Shown: piece by piece, positions 47,716-58,576 of the stretch
Position numbering within the stretch: the first letter of the stretch is position 1
Layout: the number at the start of each line of letters is the position of its first letter
Assembly (NCBI RefSeq): GCF_000315625.1
Contig: NW_005434532.1
Location: 98,703-162,702, forward strand
Source of the DNA: Guillardia theta CCMP2712
Taxonomy: Eukaryota > Protista > Cryptophyta
Direction of reading: 5' to 3'
DNA length: 64,000 nucleotides
Notes under the pieces: model-generated
What the model saw: only the letters and a program-made list of their open reading frames with translations
Databases searched by the model: none
Told to the model about the DNA's origin: nothing
Made by a program: the position numbers and the translations under genes

Positions 47716-50450
47716 GGCTTAGTCAAGTCCGCGGTATGGCAGAATGTCGCTGCGTGATCTTGAAGGAGGAGGAGGATGGCGAGGTCAAGTCCTCAGCATG
47801 TCCTAACTCGAGCCGTGCAAAGCTCCGACCAGTGACCTAGGGCTGGCACCTTGGTAAGCTCCGAGGATTGAGCTGCCGTGGCCTTACAAGGAAAAAAGCC
47901 GGTCGCGAGCAGCAGAGGACGTTGAGCAGTATTTGAATCAAAATGAAGAGCATTCTCGACCAGCTGTTGGAAGAAGCTCAAGCAGGTTTTGATGTGCAAG
48001 ACAACGAAGAGCTGGAAGCTGCCCTTGCTGCAACTCTGGTATAGGCCAGTTCAGCATGCGAACATTTCTGACATCGTGTGGTTTAGCCGGCACATTACCA
48101 GAGGAGTGTCCTTCATAGACCGCATGATGGTGAAGATCTTTCCTCACTCCTTAGCATCCATCTTGTCTCGTGTAGCCATGACCTTAGCATCCATCTTCTC
48201 TTGTGTAGCTATGATCAATAACCCGGTGATTATACAGCTTGTGAGGAGGGGTTAAACGGGCGAAACGAAGGTATTCATCTTGACCTGTCTGAAATGGGGC
48301 TCGCTCACATTCTTGGACCAAGACGCAAACAATACCGTAGAGGATGAATCTCTTCCTCACTCCAACCTAGAGTGGGGACAGAGCTACCTTTGCGACGTCG
48401 ATGGTCTTTCAAGTCTTTATCGTTCGAGTGTCCAACGCTTCATGATAGGTTCATCAGCCGCTGCCAAGTTTGGAGGAGGAGGAAGCCATGATGTCCCAAC
48501 AGTTTGTAGCTGTGGGGAAGTTATCCGAAAAGGAAGAGGCTTGTGGAAGGTGATCCTGAGCGTTTATCATCACAGTGTTTCTGACAAGGGAGAGGAAAGA
48601 TTCGTTTTGATCGCAAGGGGAGGGGGTTGGTCAAGGTAGGGCATGTCTTGTGGATTCCTTTAGGATCTTTCTCTAAAGTATCGGCAGGTTGGATTGGCGA
48701 AATATGCTGCACAGGAGAAAGGAATCGCTGGGATCGAGCTGGGACAGAACTGGAATGACAGGTACAAGGGTTCATTCAACAATTAGGTTGCATCGTAATG
48801 TGTGATTGGCAGAACTTGTGTTGACACCACATGGTACGTTGACAGTGATGGAGATGTGTTTGAAGGAAACAATTGCCTCTGCGAATCGGCGACCGGAGAA
48901 GGATTTAGAGTGATCACTTTTAATTCGACCGCAAGTTGGTTGCTGATGTTATGTATCTTATAGAGTGGAGATATTGTTACTGTGGAAGTCAAAGATGCTC
49001 TTGCAGCATTTTCTGTAAACGATGAGGTGCATAGATCATCGATCAATTTCTGGAATGATTCCTGTGTTCAGACTCTTGTAGAGAACATTCAGATCAAAAG
49101 CTGGCCTGTGAGATTGGCAATTCTGCTTGTGTTCAAGGTCGTGGAATTTTCACATGATATTCCTTGTTGACAAAGTTATTGCTACAGGGAGATAGGGTGA
49201 CGTTATTGCAAGAAGAAATCATGGACGAGAAGGTGTATTCATAATCTCTATCAGTAATACGACACATTTATTCACTGCGACAGCAATATGAACGATGGAA
49301 GCACGAAATCGATAGAAGACTGAGGTAAGTTTTCATTATGGCTAGGCTTGGCACCGAAGTGATAGGCACCTCGCAAGGTGGGAAGAAATGGAAAAACACA
49401 ACAGGCGCGTGTTCTCAAATAGCTTGAAACCAAACGCTGACTCCGTAAGAGATGTTCTCATTTATTTAATTCACCACTCGTTGACTGACTGTCTTTCTCT
49501 TGCAGACTCCAAAGATTCAACAATTAGACCCCCAAACACCTCACAAGAAGGATGCAGAGTAAGAGAGATAGAGTATTCTAGACCTCTTGCATCTTGATGT
49601 TCAAACAGAGGCATGATCGACCCGTCCATCACAATCACCTCAACTCCAGTTATGGAACATTTCTCTTCTCGTCAGCTCAACCAAGACATCATGAAGTTTG
49701 ATAAGGTGACGTATCCACTGAATCCCCTCTTGTGAGGTTGCCATGTAGGAAATGTCTGCCACAGAGGATGTGGAGCTAGAATTGGAGGAGGAGAGTCCTA
49801 TGGAAGTATTGATGTTTCACTCGTGCTGGGTGCGAGATGCTGATCGATCGCAGCTGGTACTCCCCGGCAACGATGACTCCGACTCGATGTCAGCGTCGGA
49901 GTTGTCTGCAAGAGACAACAAGTAAGTCGAGACCGATTGGATATGGTTATCACTCCCTGCTGTTCTTTTGACCTGCTCTTCTAGCAATGATCATTTCTTT
50001 GAGTCAAAGAATCTATTTGACACGAGTGCCCGTCCCGAAATATCCCAGCACGAGGTGAGATACAGTCAAACGGTTCTCCAGGCCTGACTTTCTGGCAGGC
50101 TGCATATCAGCCTCCGATGCAGACTCCCATGCAGACTCCCATGCAGACTCCCATGCAGACTCCCATGCCTGTCCGAGCGGATCCTCCGATGACAGCTGGT
50201 TGCTCGAGTCGCAAAGAGTCGCAGACAGAGGAGGACGAAAGTCAGGGGTGCTTTGTAGTTGATGTTCCGTCCATGGAACAGACGGCCGTGAAGGTGAGGA
50301 GCAGAGCGGCGAGGGGATGAGGGGATGACTGCGATTGACAGGCAAAGATTGAAACAGAGCGACCTTGCAGAGAGAAAACAGAGATGAAAGTAAGACGAAT
50401 GACTTGTATTACTATCAACAACATGTTTTACATCGATTTCCTTCCGTGAC
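47716..50450 (+). CDS. Hypothetical multi-exon protein, possibly with a SPRY-like beta domain and an MQTP repeat
   Basis: Exons TWYVDSDGDVF, SGDIVTVEVKDALAAFSVNDE, WPVRLAILL, GDRVTLL; 12-bp repeat atgcagactccc x4 at ~50116-50164. Confidence 0.4.
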
Positions 50451-50675
50451 TCTTATGATGCGCAGAGCAATGGAAGCCAAGGAAATCGATGCTGTCTCGT
50501 GCAATGACGGCAAAGATGTTATTTTTTTTCTTTGTTTGGTTTGCAGCAAGAAATTCTAAAACAATATTCTGATGTAAAATTATTGAGACAACAGGCAGAG
50601 AATAAACGAAGAACTGCTGAATAGAACTAATACGTGAGTTCGGACTTTTGTCTTTTCGCAGTGATCACCTTGAGA

Positions 50676-51671
50676 TTACAAGAGACAAGTTGAGAAGGAG
50701 ATCGCGTCTCTCTTCGGGCTCCAGCCTTGCTTCCACTTGAGGTCGTACTCAAAGTCTGCCTCAACCAACTTCGTTTCCCATGCTGGCCCGCTCTTGACGT
50801 ACTCGAGGAACTCGGGGGTGCCGGGATAGATCACGTTGTCAGCTGCGATCACTGTACCTTTGCCGACGATGTTCAGCTGCTGCAAGCGCTTGAGGTCAGG
50901 GAGGTAGAGGGACTTGTTGTGGTCCAGGAAGACAAAGTCCGCGTGCTTCACTCGGTCGGCAACCTTAGGGATGACGTCACCTGACAGGCCCACGACTATG
51001 CTGACCGAGTCTTGAAGCCCAGCGTAGCGAATAAGCTGAGACGCGACGTCAGCGTGAGCTGGATTGTACTCTATACAGTAGAGATGCCCTCCTGCTGCCA
51101 AGTTTCTTGCTGTCCGCATGGCAGAGTAACCAAAGAACGTGCCTATCTCGAGAGACGTCCGGATACTCAAGCCCCTCGTCTTGATCTCCTCCTCCAGTAT
51201 CTTGCCTTTCTCTGACCCGAGCTTGTACATCGGATAGAACTTGCCAAACTCGTCCATGGCCGCGAGGATCTCGTCTATGTTCCCCTCCGACGCGTGCGAG
51301 AAGATGAAGGGAAGGATGTCTGAGGGCTGAGCGTACGGCCATTTCACATAGAAGTCACTGCTCGAGTCAGTCGCTACTGAGGGTCTTGCGGGAGGAGCTG
51401 CGAGCAAGGAGAAGATAGAGAGCACGGAAGTCGCCGAGGAAATGAACTTTCTGCGCCGAAAGTCCGACGTCGTCATGGTTATGCGCTCCTTCCCAGGTCT
51501 GGGAGGGCGAGGATTGCGAGGAGAAGAGAAGGAGTAAGAGGAGGAAGAGATCTGCGACTGTGTGCTTGATGATGTTCCGACATACCGACATGGTGGCGAG
51601 AGGAAGGCGCCAGACCCGAAGGCTCCTGCTCCCGCCAGCCCCACCATGACTCGAAGCCACCCTGCCCCCAT
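50676..51671 (-). CDS. COMT: Catechol O-methyltransferase-like protein with plastid/thylakoid-type leader, intronless
   Basis: LEIGTFFGYSA (SAM motif), FVFLDHNKSLYLPDL, IAADNVIYPG (D-D-N metal ligands). Confidence 0.9.
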   Translation of the reverse strand: MGAGWLRVMVGLAGAGAFGSGAFLSPPCRYVGTSSSTQSQISSSSYSFSSPRNPRPPRPGKERITMTTSDFRRRKFISSATSVLSIFSLLAAPPARPSVATDSSSDFYVKWPYAQPSDILPFIFSHASEGNIDEILAAMDEFGKFYPMYKLGSEKGKILEEEIKTRGLSIRTSLEIGTFFGYSAMRTARNLAAGGHLYCIEYNPAHADVASQLIRYAGLQDSVSIVVGLSGDVIPKVADRVKHADFVFLDHNKSLYLPDLKRLQQLNIVGKGTVIAADNVIYPGTPEFLEYVKSGPAWETKLVEADFEYDLKWKQGWSPKRDAISFSTCLL

Positions 51672-51741
51672 GGCTAAAAAGATACGGAGGAATCACACAG
51701 GTTGAGGGGTGGGGTACCAAGAGTGTGTCGGGGGGTCGGAA

Positions 51742-54179
51742 ATGGTGAAGAAAGGGGAGGAGATATGGCGGGGGCAGGCGATATGCGGGCAAGAGACAGT
51801 GAGGATGGAGAGACGATGCCTTCGATGCTCTCATTGTGGGAGGGAGGCGGGTGACATGAGCCAGCAGCTCTCCGTCGCTCTTGGGCAGGGAAGGGTTTCG
51901 GTATGCCAGAAACCATGCAAGACCTTGCCAAAGCTTGGAGGAGGTTACGATGCTGAGCAAGCCTGCTGCTGCGAGCGAGGGGGCTGCGATGAGGTTTACT
52001 GCAGCAAACGTTGCCGTGAAGATGATCGGCAGCGCCATCGCATCTCATGCGGTGGTCGAGAAAACGAACACTCGAGAGATCTGAGGAGATTCGCACGAGG
52101 AGCTGGAATGGAACACCTCCTGCTCCTCTCCAGGTTGGTTGGTCTCATTCTTGACCGCCAGGCAGACAGCAGCAATGGCATGGAAGAAGCGCTGGAGGAG
52201 GCGTGCACGCGTCATGATCTAAGCATGCTTTCTGTTGGGTGCGAAGCCGGTCTTGATGTTCGTGTGTCGGGGGGTCACGACGATGATAACAAGGATCACA
52301 AGGAGGATTGCAGCGACGAAGAGAGCGAGGCCTGGGTCTTGTTTTCATCTCTGATAAGGTTTGAAGTCGATTGTCGAAGTCACGAGCGAGGGGAAGAAGC
52401 CGGTCGCCAATACCTTCAAGGTGTAAGAGATTTGTTCATGAACAAACCTTGCTTCCTGAAGTTCTTGAGATTGGTGAAGCAGCTCATGGTAAGCGTTTTC
52501 GTGCCGAGCCCTTTGATTTCCTATTGTCAAGACTTGATCAAGACGGACGTGGAGGACCAGCTTCGGGAGGAGGCAGAGGCAGCCATGTCCAGCTTCATCG
52601 AAGGAGTGATGGCTAACGACGGAACGGACGCATACCATCCCAACGATGCGAATCCTTGTGGGGACGAGAAGCAGGACGGCGCTCGAATATTGCGAGAGCG
52701 AAAATTAGCTCGTCTGGCCCAAAGTGCGCTAGAGAAAAGCTCGTCGACCAATCCCTTTGGAGACTCGTTCAACATAGTTCATGCATTGATTCCCGGTATC
52801 TGCTCCTGTGCTCACTCTTGTGTGCCGAATGCCCTGGTAGAAGCTGCGTATGACGAGCAAGGGAGGAATCTGATTCGGGTTGTTGCTCTCAGAGACATCG
52901 GGGATGATGAAGCAATCTCTATCTCCTTCATTGATCACAACCAGCCGATAAATGAACGAACCGCAGCATATCGCGAGCGGTTCGGGCTGAAATTTTGTCC
53001 ATGCATGAGGTGCAACTATGAGCGAGGATCTGTCACGGATCTCAACGTTTCTCAGCTTCGAGCTCTTGGCGATCTTGCGATGCAGCAACATCGTTATCAA
53101 GACGCCTACGAACTTTACGGGAATATTTTAGCTCTGCACCCAAACGAGCCGGAAGCCTTGTTTGCTCGTGGTGGGGCTCTGCTGGAGGCTGGTTTGTGGG
53201 TTCATGCGCATCAAGCCTTTCGAGAAGCTGCTCTCCTAGCGCCAGGGCATGAGCGACTGACTGCCCTCCACCTCAAGGAGATGGCGTATTCTCTTGAGGT
53301 AGGGTCAGACCCGGAGAAGTGGGGTGACGAAAGGGAACACGGAAAACAGTCGTGTCCTCGCTTCCATCCTGTTGTTGAGGGCAGAGCATTTGTTACATAC
53401 GGTGAACATCCCGTCGTTCCGCTCGCTGAGTGTCAACTGGCTGTGGATATGGCGGAAGCAGCCGCATCGCGAAGGGGTGGATGGACTACATCTCGACATT
53501 ATGCGGTTCCTACGACAGATCTGCCGGTCCACGAACATGATGAAATTCTTTGCTGGTTTCGAAAACATCTTGCTTGTAGGCTGGGACCACTGCTCGCTCT
53601 TCAATATGGTAAGCTACATCTGACTGTAGTTTGAAGCCAACATTGTTTTTGATTAGGAGCGGATATGGTCGGGGAGAAGGGGTGTTTTGTGCGAATATTT
53701 GACGCGTTCATAGTCAAATACGCTGCGTCAGGTGGACAGGTTTGAAGTCCTTGATATGACTTTGATTTCGACTCAACAATCTTGTTCCCCGCAGCGACAT
53801 CTTCCTGTTCACAGAGATCAATCGACTCATTCATTCACTATTGCATTGAATGCTAGGAGCTGCTATGAAGGTGGAGGCACTTACTTCTGTAAACTTTCTT
53901 CCATCTTGATAGACATCTTAAACTGATGACATGCCGTCAGGTGGTCTCGGAACAGCGATAAAGCCCGAGCAAGGACATGTCCTGTCATTCGAAGGCGACA
54001 TGTTGCATGGAGGAGAACCCATGTAGTAATTTCGACCTACTCTCGAATTGATGTTACTCTCGAATTGAGTTTTGCTCAGTACGTCGGGCGTCAGGTACAT
54101 CCTGGCAGCGTTTACGTACATCGACGTGCCATCACCGGAACGATCTACATTTTCCGTCACATCGTCTGACTGGCCGTGA
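51742..54179 (+). CDS. SET/MYND-like + TPR + 2OG-Fe(II) oxygenase fusion
   Basis: CLRCSHC...YCSKRC...H (MYND-like), AHSCVPN...ISISFID...CPCMRC (SET/post-SET), TPR helices, WTTSRHYAVPTTD, LPVHRD (HxD), YEGGGTYF, LHGGEPITSGVRYIL (distal H, R); three short 3' introns. Confidence 0.85.
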
Positions 54180-54233
54180 GTGGTCTGTGTGATATGTTTG
54201 TGTGTTGATGTCGTTTGTTAGCGACTCTTCTCC

Positions 54234-55849
54234 TCACTCTCGCAACAAGAGGACTCGAGATGAGCAAGCACAAGATAGCCGGATGCCGAGAGCAAAGATC
54301 GACTGGCTGGGGGAGTCGAATACGGAGGCTTCATTCTCATTCAACTTCAGCTGATTGTTGGTGGTCGCATAGCACTTTTCATAGGTAAAGGCATCAAGTC
54401 TCAGAATCATCGGTACAGTCATTAAATCTTGCAGTTCGTCTTCTTTCAATGAAAATTTCTAAATGCAGTCAGAATGTGATGTTGGCTGCCTATTGCGATT
54501 CTCCAATTTGCCACCAAGGTATTCCTTTCGGATTCCCTTCCTCATCAAACTTGTCCCTCCAAGTGGTCTTGACAACAGGTTCCTCTTTCTTCATTCTCAA
54601 AGTCTGATTGGAAGTGAGCAAGGAGGAATCACCGCCTGTACCTTACCTGCACCAATGCCTGGCTTATAGCCTTGATTCGAGCCGGGCTGGCATCCCATGT
54701 TCGTAAGGCTGGCGCGCGACTCAGAGACTCCTGGCTCTTGTCGTGTTTGAGTGACAATCAAAGCAAATCGCGTACCAAACCTTGTGGCTTTTCTTTGGAG
54801 TGTTCGATACCAATCTCTGATCTGCCTTCAGTTCCGGCATACAAGGCAATCGCAACCTGGTGTATTCTTTCAACCAGAAAGCAATCGTCACCCATGTGCT
54901 ACCTTACACAAAGATTTGTGTACATCCGAAGGCAATCTTTTCTGACCTCCCCTTCATCCATCTCATCATCTCGATTTGAGCTTGATCGTCGAGGGTTTGA
55001 AATCAAACTTTCCAAGTATTCGGTTTCTTCCTTGCGGGTTCCTTTTCATGGAGCATCAGTTGGCAATACGAAGAAATGTTGAAAACTCGCCCCGTGCAGA
55101 GACTGTCTTGCCAGTGATGTTGTTGATCTCTGCCGCTGTCTCTTGAAGTAGTGAAGCATAATTCAATTCGTTTACATCTGACATTTGTTGTGAGACATCG
55201 CGCAGCTAGTTGAATGTGTTGTCATTTGTCACCCAAGGATCTTTTTGAGGTTTCGTCTCCAAGGCTATCCTGCAAACTCATTCATTGACCCTCAAACCTG
55301 CAAGCACATGCAGTTTGTGTACCTTTTTGTGGAGTTTGTATCGTGACGACACAGCTTCCTTTTCTCGCGTGCTCGCTTTGTCTTTTGAATAATGGAGCAC
55401 CAAATCTAAACTTCTGTTTGGATTTGAGATTTAGTACAACAAATTGAATCGACCTCGGCGGTTTTGACGGTGACGTTGATTTATACGGGTTTGTAAATGA
55501 TGTTATCCATGGTGAACTTTAAATCACTGCAATCAGATGACATTCTGTCACATGCTATACTCACGTGCGATAGCCAAAGGTCTGTTCTTCTTTGTTCTTG
55601 GCTTGGTTTGATCTGAGATGTTTACCTTTCCTTTATGCATTTTTCAGTATACAAACATCGATTTTTCCTCGGAATACAAGCATCGAATTCAATATGTATC
55701 AAGATAAACTTATTTAATCTATTCGATTTCAGGCAACCACAAGCATTTTTTGTTACAGTAGCATAACACGCAATCAACATCCCCTGGGGTATGGCATGAG
55801 GCGTGACTTGCCTGGTGCTTGTTCCTCGCTGTCTTCGGCGATCAGGCAT
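54234..55849 (-). CDS. Hypothetical multi-exon protein
   Basis: Short open exons with GT-AG boundaries (IEMMRMDEGEVRKDCLRMY, AFWLKEYTRLRLP); ends approximate. Confidence 0.35.
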
Positions 55850-56512
55850 GCGGGGAGACAAGGGAGGATCCTCGAGGTGTGACCCGAGGAGTCAGTTGGG
55901 CGAGGAAAGGCGGAACCCTCTCCCTTCAGCAGTAGAAGCAAGCTAACGGAGGAGCGTTGTAACCGCCTCGGGGTCCCTACAGTAGGCCCTTCCGAAAATC
56001 GTCCGATCAGCTCAGGCCGCTAGCCCGGGGGCCCGCGCCAGCTGCCAGCATACTGACCTACTAGTCGACTCAGCTAGCAGCTGCAGCCTTCACTAGCCGC
56101 ACGCGGCAGCACAACTTGGCAACGCTTCAACTTATACGTTTGGCACGTGACGGTTGCGGACATAACCGTCAGGTTTACATCAATTTAAATTGATCTCTCT
56201 GCTCTGCTTCGGATGACAACTGCACGCTCCACATAGTACCGTACCGACTATCATAGCATGGTGAATCTAAGAAACTATGATACTATCATAAGCATCAATA
56301 CTTGACGATTTCAAGTTTTCCAGTACACTACCTTACCATACTGTACAGTGGATATATGAATCGGAAAAGGATAAGGATGAGGTCACTGAATGGTCATCCA
56401 AAATTCTAGATGCGTGCATTGAAGAATAGGAGAAATGCAGCAGTTTTACTTTTGGAACTGCTGTTAAACGATGTCGTACTTTGATTAAACAAGAATTTTA
56501 CTTGCGATAACT

Positions 56513-57062
56513 TCATACCTCTTCTCCAATCTGATTGCAATACCAAAAGATCCATGATCTGGACAAAGGTGTCTCCCAAGTGTCAGTGTTGTTTTCCTCC
56601 ATTGCATCCTTGCTTGCTTGTATCATTTTTGAGCGTCTCATAAACAACAAATGTTGCTCTATTTCCTCTTGATTCTCCAGCTCGATATCGGAAGAGTCTT
56701 GGTCTCTTTCATCTTCATTTTGTATCGCACCATGCTTTCTGTATGGCCATCGAGCTATACCAAGCTTTCTACAGACTATCTTCAGAGTGGTTGAAGAGAT
56801 TCCCTGTTTGAAATCAACAAAACTACAAATAACAGAAGAGTCAAGGAAACTTTACCAGAATTTTTGCTGCTTCCACTTGCTTCATGTTGAAATATTGTGA
56901 GATAGATTCAACACTCAATTCAAGTCGTTGCGGTTTGTATCGGAAGGTACAGAAACGCTTAGGTTGCACGACAACTGACTGCTGTTTGTCGCTGACAGAT
57001 ATCATTGATGTTGAATGTGTCACAGTATCGCTCGTCGCTTTGCTGAGATGAGATTGATCCAT
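56513..57062 (-). CDS. RWP-RK transcription factor, 2 exons
   Basis: ISQYFNMKQVEAAKIL|GISSTTLKIVCRKLGIARWPYRK across intron 56855-56804; C-terminal LSRSWIFWY; stop 56513. Confidence 0.92.
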
Positions 57063-57264
57063 TTCTTGATGCAGGAAGAGCAACAAGACACAAGGAATGA
57101 GGACTGAAGGCTCCTCTGCAGTATCTTCTGACGGAGTGTGAATATCAAACTGTTGAGCGGGGGCGTCATGACGAGTGTTACGAAAAGGTATTTTTTTGGG
57201 TGGGAGGCTTATCCGATTGCTGACGGATACAGTTCAGAAACGCAATGATTCAGTGGGTAACCAA

Positions 57265-58520
57265 CGCCTGCCGCCGGGGTAACCAAGCGACCGAAAAAAA
57301 AATGATCCAGCGGTCGCAAGCCTGCCGCAGTGCCGGCGAGCTGAGCCGGGCCCGGGCGCCGGGCCGCCTCAGGGCCGCACACGGCCCGGCCGCCGGAACC
57401 GCCGCGCCGTACCGGGCCGGGTCCGTTGAACGAACCTTCCGAAGTTCGAGTCTAAGTTCGCCGGGAACTTCAAGTGAAGCCCGGCCGGCCGAGCCGTAAG
57501 GCGGCAGTTTTTGCTCAAGACCAAATTTAATTCAACTAACCAAACATAAGATCAACATGATTGAGCATGTAATCGAGGCTCATAACCGACGGAACACAAG
57601 TTTGTTAGACTTGTACTATGCCAACTTGCAAAGTCACACAGATGTCACATAAACCTTAGTTGTCACCCGTAACAAGACAGTTTTTGCTCAAGACCGAGTT
57701 TAATGCACACAAAACCAGAATTGAGGAGCCGCCTCGGAGCACTGCGCCACATCATTCGGAGAGATAGACTGTACTATATTTGCGGCAAGACAAGAGAGGA
57801 CCTTAGCACTGAAAGGCGAGGAAAGCCCCCTCTGCGTGAGAGTCATGGCTACATTGGCCGCCCTCCCACGTAAGTCGTCTTGGTTACTGGCCGCGCAGTA
57901 TGCGGGCCCGGGCCCGGCCCCGGGCCTGCGCAAGTTCAATCGATGATCATCATGCCTGGCATCGCGGCGGCGGCACCGTCAGCTTTTTACCTCCAATCAA
58001 GGCTTGCCAAGTTGGCGGTTAACTTAGTCTGAGTTCGCGGACTCGGGAGTCCGGGCCGCGGGCCGACCGGCACCGTCACTGGCCTCAGCGTTCGGTACCG
58101 GCGGGCCGGGGCCGCCGGCCCGCGGCCCGTCAGGGCCCGGTGTCACCGTCACACAGGCTGGCAGGCTGCCAGTGGCCGCACTGTGACTCAGTGACTGTCT
58201 CAGGCTCATTCAGAGTCCGAAGTTCAAGTTCTCCACTCCGGGCCGACCGTAAGGTTTTCAACTTATTGACAGCCCGGCTTCGACCCGGGCTGCGGGCCGG
58301 CCCGGCCGCCGGCGCCGGCGGGCTGCGCGGCGGCGGCGGCCCGGCCGCGTTGCCAGCGGCGACCCGCCGGGCCCGGCGCCGGGCCCGCCGGGGGGCCGCA
58401 CGGTCACGGTCGGCCCTCGGCCGCGTACCGTACGGTACCGGCCCGGTACCGGGTCGGACGGACGGCCCGCCGCCGCCCGGCGATGCCGGCCCCCCCCGGG
58501 GCAGCCGCGCCGCGCTATCA
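57265..58520. promoter_or_regulatory. Bipartite GC-rich palindrome island (57265-57500 and 57885-58520) between divergent genes
   Basis: CCGG/GGCC saturation, ccgtacggtaccgg nested palindromes (~58425-58452), AAGTTCAA motifs. Confidence 0.5.
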
Positions 58521-58576
58521 GAGTCGGAGAAGCGACTACTGGATGGGGTGAAGGGTATAGCTTCGAGCGATCGGAA

